Shown here piece by piece: positions 26,531 to 38,934 of a DNA stretch of 64,000 bases (position 1 is its first letter; the number at the start of each line of letters is the position of its first letter). Where the stretch lies: positions 53,260,001 to 53,324,000 of the forward strand of contig NW_024704742.1 in the NCBI RefSeq assembly GCF_018977255.1. Reading direction: 5' to 3'. This DNA comes from Callorhinchus milii. Its lineage: Eukaryota. The position numbers were made by a program, and so were the translations under genes. The notes below the pieces were generated by a model. The model saw only the letters and a list, made by a program, of their open reading frames with translations, made no database searches and was not told the DNA's origin.

Positions 26531-27974
26531 TCAAGTATATATGAAATACTGGCTGAAGCTTCCTCTGCTCTGAAACACGTCCTCAGAGCAGCTCTCACCC
26601 ACTGTGCCAGTGTGACATTTAAATTTTCATCCTTGTGACCTTTACAAGTGATACCGACTTACACAGACCAGACTTGTGGATGGTGTGGCCACAGACTGAA
26701 TGCTGCAAGAAAACAAATGTCTGATCTTTCGACACAACACCCCTTCAAGCCAGAGAGTGGAGACTTACATGCTGTCAACGTGCATCTGATCTGAACAAAG
26801 TTACAGAAGCCTGAAACTTCACATAATCTTAGCTTTAAGACCATGATCTCAGGATTTTGAGATTGTGGTGAAGTCTTAATTTAGAAACTGTTTTTGTTCT
26901 CTATGTTCTTCAGATCTACTTTTGAAATCATGTCCCTACAATATACCTAAAAAGAGCTGAACCAAACACTGATCCCTGGGTGTAAATGTGTGTCCATAGG
27001 AAGGAAACATATGTACAGCAAAAACCTAAATACATAACTCAATATCATTATTGATTTGTTCATTGATTTGCTAATAAACAATTAAAAAGCAAGTTCATTA
27101 AGAGTGAGAATTCAAGAAAGCATAAAAGTCAAACGATTATTGAAGATGCCCATTTATACATTATAATTTCCATTTATATAGCACCTTTCATGTCGATCTG
27201 GCCATCTTAAAGTGCTTCATGTTGCTGGATGGGCACCAAAGTTGGGGGTGGGAGTTGAAGAAGTTGGGAAGGGGAAACTGTTATAAAGATCATCTGTTCA
27301 AATCCTGTCAGTAGAATTGTACAAATGACACAGTCAGTCACTAGTGAGTAATCGCTTAATACTTGTCTTTTTATCAGTGCTTTCAGATACCTTCCCCTCA
27401 ATCCCCTCCCCTTCCCATAGCTTGGGCTCCCAGTTAGCTGTGTGTAGTGCTTCAAGACATTCTCCCGACTTGTAGGTATACATGTAAACTGCTGCTGTTT
27501 ACTGATAGTTATACAGTGAGCTGACTGAGCTGCCAGGAATGATTTTGCTTGCCCAAACGAATTAAAGGGACAAAGTTATTTTAGTCAGCCTCTGAACACT
27601 GAACTTCAAATTAATTATGAAACAGATTATAAAATGGGAAGAAATACAGAGGGACAGAAAGTTCCCAGATTGTTGTCATCTGATGAAGTGAGGTCAGTAC
27701 AGAACGTCTTGATTTTGTTTTGAAGTGATATTTCAATGTGCTGATTATTTTCATGTCCAGTAAATAGTTTCCTTATCGCAAGACATGACTTGAAACAGAA
27801 CACAAAGCTACATAAGGTAAATTGGCTGAATAGTGGCCTGACAGTCTAATCGGAAGTGTATTCTATTAATTCTTCAGGATTTCAAATGTTTTGGAACATA
27901 TCTTATTTATCATTCAATGTTGGGTCTGTGTACTTTATATAATCTCCCTTTCTATTGGTATACTGTATTTACAG

Positions 27975-28260
27975 CTACCAGTGCCCCAATAGGATTGAGT
28001 TCAAAATCCTTGTGCTCATTTTAAAGCCCTCCATAGTCTTGCCCCACCCTAACTCTTTTTAAACCCTATCAACCTGTCCACTTCATCCCCTAAGAAGACA
28101 CTGGCCCACTCACCCACTAGCAGCAGGCGGGCCTTCTGCACTTCTGCCTCCACTCTCTGGACCTCCATCTGGAATCCCTTCACCTTACCCCTTCACTTGC
28201 CTCTTCCCTCAAGACCTTTTTTCTTTGACTGTGTCTTTGGTCATCTTTGCCACCACCCTC
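27975..28260 (+). mobile_element. Diverged L2 3' fragment
   Basis: GGATTGAGTTCAAAATCCTTGTGCTCATTTTAAAGCCCTCCAT. Confidence 0.7.
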
Positions 28261-28262
28261 CT

Positions 28263-28569
28263 TAATAATAATCCTTGCATTTGATATAGCGCTTTTCACG
28301 TCGGGAGGACGTCCCAAAGCGCTTCACAGAACACACTGTAAAGTGAATTGACTGTATATTTGTGGGCGAACGCGGCAGCCAATTGCGCACAGCAATGTCC
28401 TACAAACAGTCATAGATTGAAAATGACCAATTTATTATTGTTTTTGGAGGGATTATTATTAGGCGTGTGGAGTAAGGAAACTTGCCCAAGGTTTCGCCCT
28501 CTACCTGGAATTGAACTCAGGTCTCTCACTTGCAAAGCGAGTGCTCTAACCACTGAGCTACAGGACTCC
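28263..28569 (-). mobile_element. Family A SINE, short form, full length
   Basis: Reverse complement of the 45050 copy; (TAA)n at left, CAGGACTCC at 28561-28569. Confidence 0.95.
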
Positions 28570-29334
28570 TTGGCCTCGAACCTTCCCGAATCAAACGCTT
28601 ACCTTGTTGCTATATAAAAGCAATTTGTTGTTGTTGTTTACATTGATGCTGTGATGGTGGGACGCTGGGATAGGTGTTCTGGAGGCATGAGTTCATATGG
28701 GCTGAGGGCTTTCTTTACCCAGCCCAATTTTGTGATTGTGTCACAAGTTCAAGATACCTAGAGTTAAAGAATGATTCAGTGGCTTTTTTGGTTTTGTGCT
28801 CTGTTATAATGGAACATTTGTGGTGATGGACTTGAAGCAGCGTATTACAATGTCTTCTACTGTATAATTTCTCTATTGTATGATTAGCATAACTCAGCTC
28901 CTTCAGTAAGCGGGGGTGGGGGGGGGGGGAGGGGGTTAGAGAGCCGAAAATGAATGAGGCATAAACAACAGCCATAATCTATCTAGATATTGTCCAGGAT
29001 AACAAGACAGTTGGATGCAGATTATTACAAGGTCAATAAGTAGAATGCATGTGCACATCCTAGATGTACATTAACAGATCTCAGTTACCACTCATTCCAA
29101 TGCCACAGTTCCAGAACCAATGGAAGCTATACAGCTTTTGCCTCATATTTCTTGGCAGTCATGGGGTCCTGAAAGCTGGAAAGAAATGTTTTTACTGTAT
29201 ACTGCATACCGTGTCCAGACTATTGGCAACCATCTGTGGCAAAACGCTGTTCTATGAGTTTAAGGAAATCATCATGGAAGTATTGTGATGAGGGCAAGGC
29301 AGTCCCACATGGGTGAGCCATTAGCATTCTAAGT

Positions 29335-29865
29335 GGTTAACTCCACTTCTCCAACGCACTCCTCGCTGGTCTCCCCAGCTCCACTATTCACAAGATCCAG
29401 CTCATTCAAAACTCTGCTGCCCACATACTGACCAGTTCTGGCCAGGCTCCACTGGCTCCCCATCACCGAATGGATTGATTTCAAGATCCTCACTCTTGTG
29501 TTCAAATCCATTAACTCTCTAGCACCTCTCTACCTCAGACCTCCTCACTTCCCAATCCACCACCTGACGCCTCCGCTCAACTGGCACCGGCCTCCTACTC
29601 GTCCCTCACACCCTCTGCCCCACCATTGGAGTTTGTGCTTTCAGCCACCACACCCCAAAACTCTGGAACACTCTCCCTCAGTCACTCCACCTTGCCTCCT
29701 CTCTCCCCTCTTTCAAGTCCTGCCTGGAAACTTTCCTCTTCGACCGTGCTTATGGCCACCTCCCATCTCCCCCCGGCTCGGAGTCAGACTCTGCAACTGT
29801 TAAGTGACGCTATCCTGCGTGGAGGGCGCTATATACGTACAAGTTGTTGTAGTTGTTGTTGTTGC
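29335..29865 (+). mobile_element. L2 LINE 3' fragment
   Basis: Highly similar to 43500-44050 (AAGATCCAGCTCATTCA, CTCCACTGGCTCCCCATC, GATTTCAAGATCCTCAC); (TTG)n tail. Confidence 0.9.
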
Positions 29866-30944
29866 TTCTTGAAAACCAGATGACATTTCTCGGGGCATTT
29901 TTGTTTCAACAAATGCACTGCCATTAAGAGTGAAGCGGAAATTCTAAATCTACCTGTAATTGGCAGTTTGCATATACAGCACTGTACTCAACTGGCTTGA
30001 GGTCATGATGTCATGTATGAGACAAGACACCATGTCTGCCCAGAGAGTGACTCAGAGTGGATTCTGAGAATATCTGTAACTGTGGAAGTAGATTTTGCAA
30101 CAACACTGGTTGCCTCGAGACAGACTTGTCTCTGTGACAAGACTAGCAAAATAAAAAAGATATGAATCAAGGGGTTTTCCAGACAAAGTCCAACAGAGAA
30201 ATCTACTTCATACATGTAAAATACAACCACTTTAATGCTCCTGTATCACTGAAGTAAGGAATCAAGGAAGGCAGGTCATGATCAACAGACCCACGTGTGC
30301 TTTAAGCCACATTTCATGTGAATTTTCTATCCCAAGCCAAAGAATAAAAGTTGAACAATAAGCTGCCATGTTTGTTATTTGGCTGCTACCATCATTGCAA
30401 TGCAATACTTGTTCTTTTGAAATAAATCAAGATCCTTTCCCACACCACTTTCTGGCACAGTGGCCGATGAACTGAGAAAACCCTGTTCAGATGTAAATCT
30501 CCCACCGAATAGCGCATCCAAGAATACGTCTTTGACCATCAAACATCAATGGCAGGGAACAATGTGCCCAAAGAGCATTCTTTGAAATCCTAGCATGGAA
30601 TCTTGAGCAAGGAAAAACACCCTGCACATTTTACTGTAAAACTCTGCCCGTTTTCACACAAACTGACGATGAAAATATTCACAAACATTATAGCAAGTCA
30701 ACCCTATTCACCGCTTCACGTACAGATGTACAGCTATTTATGATCAGTGGCTACAGGCATCACACACCTACAATACTGATTTTAAATTTAATGGCTTTTA
30801 ACAGCTCATGAATAAAGTGAAATCATGCAGAATAATATCCAGTTAAATGCCTGGCACTTCACAAAAACATTGAAGTTTACCACTTTTCAGCTCTGGTAAA
30901 CTTTGAAAGCAAAGACTGCAGGGTCTGAAAAACAGGTTACTCAC

Positions 30945-30978
30945 CAGCCTTCCCTTTCTCTGATATCATTGGCATTGC
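30945..30978 (-). other. Candidate 34-nt internal exon of an unidentified minus-strand gene
   Basis: Minus strand TTATTTTGCTGTTTTCTTTTTTAG|GCAATGCCAATGATATCAGAGAAAGGGAAGGCTG|GTGAGTAA; two of three frames open (AMPMISEKGKA or NANDIREREG); non-repeat context. Confidence 0.5.
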
Positions 30979-31059
30979 CTAAAAAAGAAAACAGCAAAAT
31001 AACAAAGCGATAAGATGATTTAATAAAACACATATATTTCACATCACAGTTTAATTGTA

Positions 31060-31325
31060 AGACGTTCATTTTTTGCTATAACACCTAAAGCACTGAAATG
31101 TCTCAAAGCACTTATACAGGTGATTACTGTCAAGTGTAGTATCTGTGTATTAAACGGCAAACGTAGCAGCCAATTCGCACAGATCAAAGTATAAGGACCT
31201 ATAAACAACCATGAAGTGAAAGAACAATTTATCTGCAGGATGATTGGCTAGGACATCAGAAAAAAACTCCTTTCTCTTTTCGACTAGTGCTATGGGATCT
31301 TTAATGTCCACCTGAACAAGCAGAT
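31060..31325 (-). mobile_element. Older Deu SINE fragment
   Basis: Tail, core and GTGCTATGGGATCTTTAATGTCCACCTGAAC. Confidence 0.75.
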
Positions 31326-31384
31326 TTTAAAGTATCTTTACTTTCTTTAAAGTATCACACAATGGCTTGAAGTATCCTTCCCAG

Positions 31385-31630
31385 TAACCTGTTCCAGGTG
31401 TTAATTACCCTCTGGATAAAGAAGTACTTCCTGGTATCTGTTCTGAAATGTCACTTTGCAATTTGAAACCTGCATCCTCTTGATCTGCTGTCTCGAACTT
31501 AAATTACTGTTCTCGATTTTCTTTACAATTCCTTTCACAATCTTATATGCCTCTGTAAGGTTTCTTAGATGTCTCTTTTCAAGACTGGAGAGCCCCAACT
31601 TGTCTAATCGCTACTTATACCTCATTCTTT
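31385..31630 (-). mobile_element. Diverged CR1 fragment
   Basis: ORF 31401..31598(-) LGLSSLEKRHLRNLTEAYKIVKG. Confidence 0.75.
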
Positions 31631-31631
31631 C

Positions 31632-31752
31632 ATTTCCATGTTTTAGGTGGCATGCATATGTGAAACTGGCATCTGTTCAATCTGATTTTGATATTCTTAA
31701 GCTTGGTGATGGGCTTCTATGTGTGTCTGACACCTGGCTAACCAGAAAGAAA
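31632..31752 (+). mobile_element. Family C copy (3' end)
   Basis: TTCTTAAGCTTGGTGATGGGCTTCTATGTGTGTCTGACACCTGGCTAACC followed by an A-rich tail. Confidence 0.72.
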
Positions 31753-32872
31753 GCGTGTGACTGACGTGTGAGTGTTCAGAAACACCCGTGTTATGATGTG
31801 GTGATGGCACAGTGCCATGACATGCTCACAGTGTTCCAGTTCAGCAACTTCTCTACATCTTCATTTTAAAGGAACTATTTATGGGATTGACCAGAGGCCA
31901 CCTGGCACTGAAGGAAAATTGGAAATTTGAAAAGGGGAGGAGAGGAGCCTGATATTGGGTTGTGTCTGTACCTGCAAAGTCCTGGAGGCCCTGACAGTGG
32001 GGGGAGCTCTTCCTAATGCTAAACCACGTTATCATGGTGCTCCGTGCATTGTACGTTTCCTTTGAATGCAAAAACATTGGTGGTGCATTCAACAAATGGA
32101 GCTTCAAACTAAAATAACACTAAATGCTTTTCACAGTTCCCTATGATTATTTAGGTACAGGGCAGCTTTGATATTGATGGCTGATTGTTGTCTGATTGTC
32201 TCTCTTCCCCTGCAGGTCTCAGAAGCAAACACACATGTGCAATGACATGAGACTCACTCCATCGCATGATGCCATGTCTGATCGCATGATGCCATGGGTA
32301 ATATTGTCACATTGAAACATCAGGACTTCACCGATCAGCCCGGTGCTGTCAATTCAGAATGCAGCCGCAAGTCCGGAACAGCTAACGGCAGGGTTGGAAC
32401 TGCCAATCAACAAGAAACTTGTTTACAGTGACTAAGAAAAGAATCGTCTGAAATGCCCACAGTCAGCCTTTTTCCTTAGACATCTCAGCCAGTAGCCTGG
32501 ACTACCTTTAATTACAGTGATTTGTCTGATTATAAACCACTTTGTGGTTTCTACATACACAATCTGTGAGTTGTGTTCTTGGATCTGGATCGGATCAGAG
32601 CAGGTTTGATTCCCCAAACAAGACGTGAGCTCATAATCTAAACTGACTCTCTGCTGCAGCATAAGCAGTGCTGTATTGTTGGCTGGTGCTGTCCTTCAGA
32701 AGAGGCATCAAACCAGGGGGAGTCAAAGGCCTGATCTGGGGAGTTTGATCTGCTCTCATAAGGAGGAGTGAAGAAACTGGACTGTGTAACTACCTTGGGC
32801 CTTTGGTCACCTGGCTCAGACTGCTGAGCCAAAGAGGTCATCCAGTCACTTGACGATTAGGGACCCAGAAAT

Positions 32873-32945
32873 GTGTGTGTGGGGGGGGGGGGGGGGGGGT
32901 GGGGGGGGGGGGGGCGGGGAGGGAGGGGGTGTGGTGGTGGCGGGA
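32873..32945 (+). repeat. Poly-G tract with G-quadruplex potential
   Basis: Long G runs separated by single T, C or A. Confidence 0.85.
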
Positions 32946-34944
32946 ACTGTTTGCCTGGTGGGACAACCTAAGTTCCCATTTGAGGAAAAAGATTTGGTTT
33001 CATTCAGTTTAGTGGAGAGTGAGCGAGGACAACCTTGCTCACCAAAGAAAAATCAAACGAAACGTTTTAAGTGACAGTTCAAGTGATGGATTAAGAAAGC
33101 ACGGAATTTGTTAGCAGTCGACCAGGTTGACTTCTACTGTGTAATGGACCAATATTTTAAAATCACCGAAATTCACGAAAACAGAACATCTTAAATTACA
33201 TAGAGTTACGTAGACTGAATGACATGGAACCAGGCCATTCAGCCCAACTAGTCCATACCAGATGTTATATTCCACATGAGCCTCCACCTCTCGTATTCCC
33301 TTCTATTCCTTTCTCCCTTATGTATGCATCAAGTTTTCTCTTAAATACATTGATGCTATTTGCTTCTTTTTATTTTCACAGGATGCTTGCTGGCTCAAGT
33401 TACCTGCGATGGTTGCCTTCAATGTGATAAATCGCTACACCAAATATAAGGATTATTATTCCTGCCTGAAAGTGAGGAAATGCCAACAGATTCTAATCCC
33501 GCCATCAATGCACAGCTTCAAAATGACACTATTATTTGTTTGACGAACATATAAATGTTTTTTGAAAAAAAAGTCAGGCAACTTCACTAAAATACAGACA
33601 TGTTGCAGAAACATGACAATTGATGGAACTGTTTTTAACCTGCTGAAAAGACTTGGAATTGGCTGAAACAACACAACTAAGATGCTTTCAAAAGAAAGTC
33701 AATTAAGTGAGATTAACACAGCATGCTATGTATTAGCTGCACTATACAACATGAATTACTCTGGAGATTTTACATTGCTGAAATATTTTTGCAGAGTCAG
33801 CGTGAAGAGAAAGTGACTAAGGATAAAACAAAGAGATATCTTGTGATATCGATGAGGCTGTCTATCAGATTGGATGCTAACATTCTCTGGCTCCAACTCA
33901 TGAGATCAGACTGGTTTATCGTCCTGGAATCTGTGGATTAATACAATTTTAGCTGTTTATCTGATAAAAGACTGATTTTTTTATATAGAAAAGACAACTG
34001 TTACACATCTCGCGAGGTGCCTTAATTAGGGTTCTTGCAGCCAGCTGCATCTTTTGTCTTCCAAGATATGTAGGACAAAAGGAATGACTGAGGAGTTTGA
34101 TTCTCTTTCAATTACATAGATGAAGAGCAAGAAAGAATTCTTCTCTTGTCTTGTGTGATCCCATCACTGATAAGAGCAGAATCTCATTCCTAATCAGTCT
34201 GGCTACAGCCTACCCTCCAAATCGCATTGAATAACTTGATGTTTATCAGCGCTTGTTGCAAAAGGAGCCCTGAATCCAAAAGGTTTGTGCGATTTGAATC
34301 CAACAGCAAAAATATTGGAGAGGCAGGACATATTCTTCCAGGATGTATTGAATTAGGGGCTCACAGATATTTGACTTCTTTAATTTATTGATGAAAAGAA
34401 CAAGTATTTCTGCAGGTGATCAGCCCTGCTTTCATTTCTTTACATTAATGTAACATTTAAGTTTATATTGCTTGAGTACTATGGTAAATGATTGCTTGTG
34501 TTCAGTTCTGGCCAAATAATCCCTCAGATAAAATAGGTCATTCATTTCATGGCTATTTATGGGACATTGCTTTGTCCAACTGGTTTCCTTATTTGATTAT
34601 ATAGTCACTACACTTTGCAGTAAAAATCCTGGGAAGCACTTTGAGATGTCTCGACAATATCAAGTATAGGGATTGTAAGCATTATGTATTGTGGGAAGTT
34701 CCTTTTGCAACTGGCACAACAGAATGATAACACATCTTTTATCTGCAACATAATTTTGAAGTTTGTGATCTATTTTTAATGCTCACAATGGTCGGGAAGG
34801 TATTTGCAGGCCAGTTATTAAATAACTTCATCGCTGCCATATATTTACAGCAGAAAAAAGCTCTTTGTATCTGTTGGCAACACTGTATAAACGTACAGTA
34901 GAGAAAATTCTTCCTGAATTCACGTTGAGCAGTTTAAAATAACA

Positions 34945-35250
34945 TTACAATTGAAATATACAGGAAGACAGATATTTGGCACGTCTTGTCTGTGCTGGCT
35001 CTTTCAAATAGCTATCCATTCAATCCCATTTACCTGCCTTTTCCCCATATCCCTGCAAATTGCTCTTTTTTACACATCTATTTGATTCCCTCTTGAAAGC
35101 TAATTTGGATTCTGCCACAATCATGTTCCTGGCAGGCATTCACATCCTAACGACGTCTGTAAAAATAAAATTCCCCTAATCGCCCCCTTGGCTCCTTTAT
35201 TAATTATGTTAAATTGAGTTACTAACTCATTGTCTGGTGGAAATAATCAA
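34945..35250 (-). mobile_element. Diverged CR1 3' fragment
   Basis: GCTGGCTCTTTCAAATAGCTATCC, CCCCATATCCCTGCAAAT, CATTCACATCCTAAC. Confidence 0.72.
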
Positions 35251-35975
35251 TACAATACAATAATTCATTTTTCACACATCTTCCCCATCATAAAATTAAA
35301 AAAAACACATATATAAAAATAAATCTGGGAACTCCCTAAATGTTACAATAGGAGGAAATCTGAACATTTTCAAGGACATAAACATTCAGACCTGAACTTC
35401 CGAAAGCTGCACCCGTGATAATTCAAACTCCACAGGATTGTTACATGGAAAATAGATTCTTAGAACAGCTTGGCTCTTTCCACAGTGATGCTTCACTCTA
35501 ATATGACGAGCAACATGACAAAGATAGTCCATCCATAGATTAAGCAACGCAAGTTAACTTAGTGCAGATCGACCAGGCATTGAACCTTGGCATGCGCTAT
35601 GGCTCAATGTCACAAACTCTGACATATTTACCCACTAAAGTATCAGCCAGCAACCAATGTAATGAACTTAATGAACTTTGAACAAACTTTCGGCACCTCA
35701 CCCCCAGCACCTCCCTTGCAGCTCAGTCTCCCATTCAGCCTTACAAAAAGTTCTTTGAAACATCCTACCGATATGAAAGGTGCAATGAAAATGTAAATTG
35801 TTGTTGTTAGCACTAAGTATTAACATTATCAGGTTGGTATGCTTGTTATTGGTTATTAAACTGGATGTGGTCTGTGATTCTGGCTGGTGTGTTGCTTTAG
35901 GGGTGTTTCTTAACAAAGACAAGACCCCAAAACTCCAAATGTCAGAAAGAGAGAACTCGACTACAAAGCCATCTC

Positions 35976-36290
35976 TAATAATAACAAAAAATCATTGCAC
36001 TTCTTATAGTGCCTTATTATGTCATTCAGACATCGCAAAGCACTTCACAGGATATACCGTAAAGTGGATTGACTGTATTTTGTGGGCGAAAGACGGCAGC
36101 CAGTTGCAAGTGGCAAAGTCCCACAACCAGCCTTGGAATAAGTGATCAATTTTATTTGGGGGATTTGTTGGCCAGGACACTGGGAGGAACTCCATTCTAT
36201 TATTTAACTAGTGCCGAGGGATCGATCTTTAACATCCTCCTGAACAGGCAGAACAACTTTCTGACTCAGAGTTGAGAGTGGTACTTCTGA
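35976..36290 (-). mobile_element. Older Deu SINE
   Basis: Tail, core, TTGTTGGCCAGGACAC and CTTTCTGACTCAGAG head remnant. Confidence 0.75.
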
Positions 36291-37114
36291 AACAATCTCT
36301 GCTACCTTCGGGATCGCGATTTGTTTCCCTGATTATTTTTCAGTGAATTTGGTCATGAATCACAGAATTTCATTTCAAAGCACATTACATAAATAATAAT
36401 AATAATCTTTATATTTTATAAAATGCCTTTGACAGTATTTACTGTAAAGTGTAGTCACTATGCATTTTTAACGCATTGTTTCTGGTTTGTGAATGGTGCA
36501 TTTTCAGCAGTCGCGTGTCACTTGTGAGTGAAATTATTGTAAAAAAATAGTCCCCCCCTCCCCAATAAAAACAGTCTACATGTTGTGTAATGACAGTATC
36601 TCTCTTTACAGAGCACCTAAAAATAATTTTGGTTATCCCACTTAATCTGATTTGTATTGAAATGTTGAGGCATCAAAGAACAGTGAACAAATAGTTTATA
36701 TTATGACAATTCCACTGAGACCAATGGGATAGTAGTGGGCAGGAAAATCAGATTGTGGCTCAGATGGTCCCAAATGCATATAAGCGAAGAATAATACATT
36801 GCTGCCATTGTCATCCTGTGCCTGTGTCTTTCTTGTTTAGAAAACCGAGTTTGACATTTAAAATGAACAAAAGCCACTGAACTCAATGACAGAATAGAAT
36901 ATACTGTGTGCGAGTTGCTAGGTCTAACAGCAGTATTTTTAGAATTAAACTGGTTGTGTACCAAAGAGAAGTGGCTGTGAAAGGGTTAATAAGCATGCTG
37001 TAAGAGTCCCAGCTTGAGCCGCGGAAGAGAAGCAAGTACAGCAAAGGTAAGATCTGAGCCCTCATTGAAGCACTTTTCCTCATGCCTTGTCCAGGGGCCA
37101 TGAAATCATAATAT

Positions 37115-37455
37115 TCCTCTTTACAATTAATACAGCACCTTTCACATCAGAAGGACATCTAAAAGCACTTTATAGGATATTTTGTGCAGTGCAATGACTC
37201 TGTATTTTGCATGCGAATGCAACAGCCAATTTGTATACAGCCAATTTGTAAATTGCCATGAAGTGAAAGTCTAATTTGGGGGGATTGTTGGTCAGGAGAA
37301 ACTCCCTTCTTTTCTTCAAAAGTTCCATGTGAATTTAACATGGTTCTGAACAGACAGAGGGGACCTGAGTTTTAATAACTCATCAAAAGGGCAGAGCCTC
37401 CGACAATGCAATGCTCCCCCAGCTCTGCACTGGAATGCCGTCTTTGACTGTATGC
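37115..37455 (-). mobile_element. Older Deu SINE
   Basis: Tail, core and CCTCCGACAATGCA...CTGCACTGGAATG. Confidence 0.75.
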
Positions 37456-37842
37456 CTGAGAATCCCATTAGCCTCCTTGCCCTGCTGGAGTCCTGCCTGC
37501 TGCCCTGACTGAGAGTTGCTCACACAGCATAGACTAGGGTTGAAACCCAGTGCAGCTCTTGCATAAACAGCCTAGAGCTACACCATAGAGTGGATTCACA
37601 CATTGACCCACTGGGCATTTCCCAACATTTTTGTTGACCAGTTAGTTGTGTGAAATAGTGTGTAACTTATCAGTCAATATTAGGAATTCCTCAGCTTCTC
37701 CAAGCTTTATCAGGCACTCAGGCATGTGTTGGGGAGTTCAGACAAAGTACATTACTGTAAAATACTTTGACAGGAGCAGGGGACATTTTTTCTTCAGCTG
37801 ACTGTTGTAAGGTTGAATTATTTATTGGATGTCTTTCTATAT

Positions 37843-38168
37843 GGAGTCCTGTAGCTCAGTGGTTAGAGCACTCGCTTTGCAAGTGAGAGACCTGAGTTCA
37901 ATTCCAGGCAGAGGGCAAAACCTTGGGCAAGTTTCCTTACTCCAAACGCCTAATAATAATCCCTCCGAAACCAAAAACAATAATAAGTTGGTCATTTTCA
38001 ATCTACGACTGTTTGTGGGACTTTGCTGTGCGCAATTGGCTGCCGCGTTCGCCCACAAAAAATATACAGTCAATTCACTTTACAGTATGTTCTATGAAGC
38101 ACTTTGGGACGTCCTCCCGACGTGAAAAGCGCTATATCAAATGCAAGGATTATTATTATTATTATTAT
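37843..38168 (+). mobile_element. Family A SINE, short form, full length
   Basis: Same head, core and tail as the 45050 copy; ends in (ATT)n. Confidence 0.95.
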
Positions 38169-38687
38169 ATAGTGTTTATGGTACAAATTAACTGTAGTAT
38201 CAGTTAAACAAGTTATGAATCACTTCTAGCAGCTGTTAGATCCGTGTTACCTTCGGCAATCATTAACACTTGATGTTGGAAAACTGACAATTATTTGTTA
38301 TGTCTTTGCCAAAAGTAGTTGCCTCATTAAAATAAGTTGTAATTTTGCATGAACTGACAGCAATCGATAAGGTGGATTCTTCACAAGCAAAATAAGAAGA
38401 ACAAAGTTATACACACTGGATTCCACTCATGCTCTCAAAGATAATTCAATGAAAATAAACAGATTAGAGGTTCTCCTTAATCATCTTAACACGAGGATAA
38501 TTAAACTCTTTGTGCAAATTTCAAAAAGAGCCACTTAATTTGAAGTTGCATTGATAATTCTGCTGGTTTGTTGCAAAATACTATAATAATATTGACAATC
38601 CTTGCATTTGATATATCAAGTTTCATGTTGGAAATAAGCACTTCACAGGACTTATTTTAAAATGTAGTAACTGTGTATGTTGTAGAC

Positions 38688-38934
38688 TAGGGGTCTCCAA
38701 CCGCTAGGTGGCGCTCTGACACATTATCAAAAAGACAAGAGGAAAGAGCGATAGTCCTGTGTAGTTATTGAATCCGACTGAAAATTAAGACAGATGCATG
38801 AAGCATACCATGCACCTCGTAATAAAAATATAAAGTTTAATGTTTTAACTGCGTTAAATATTGCTACTTCATCTTGTTTTTATTGAGCAAGCGCGACACG
38901 CCACCTAGTGCCAATCAACCGGTTGGAGACCCTG
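38688..38934. mobile_element. hAT (Charlie-like) MITE, 247 bp, with 8-bp TSD
   Basis: TIRs TAGGGGTCTCCAACC and GGTTGGAGACCCTG; perfect flanking TSD TTGTAGAC at 38680-38687 and 38935-38942. Confidence 0.9.
38701..38714 (+). promoter_or_regulatory. CTCF-like core motif inside the MITE
   Basis: CCGCTAGGTGGCGC closely matches the vertebrate CTCF core; motif match only, no binding data. Confidence 0.5.

Noticed and set aside
32850..33074. Glycine-rich ORF
   Set aside because: Artefact of the poly-G tract.
37843..37916. tRNA-Ala(TGC) genes at SINE heads (also 17520, 28496, 45050)
   Set aside because: Each continues into an identical SINE body and L2-type tail with no T-run terminator, and the T arm and first acceptor pair are imperfect.
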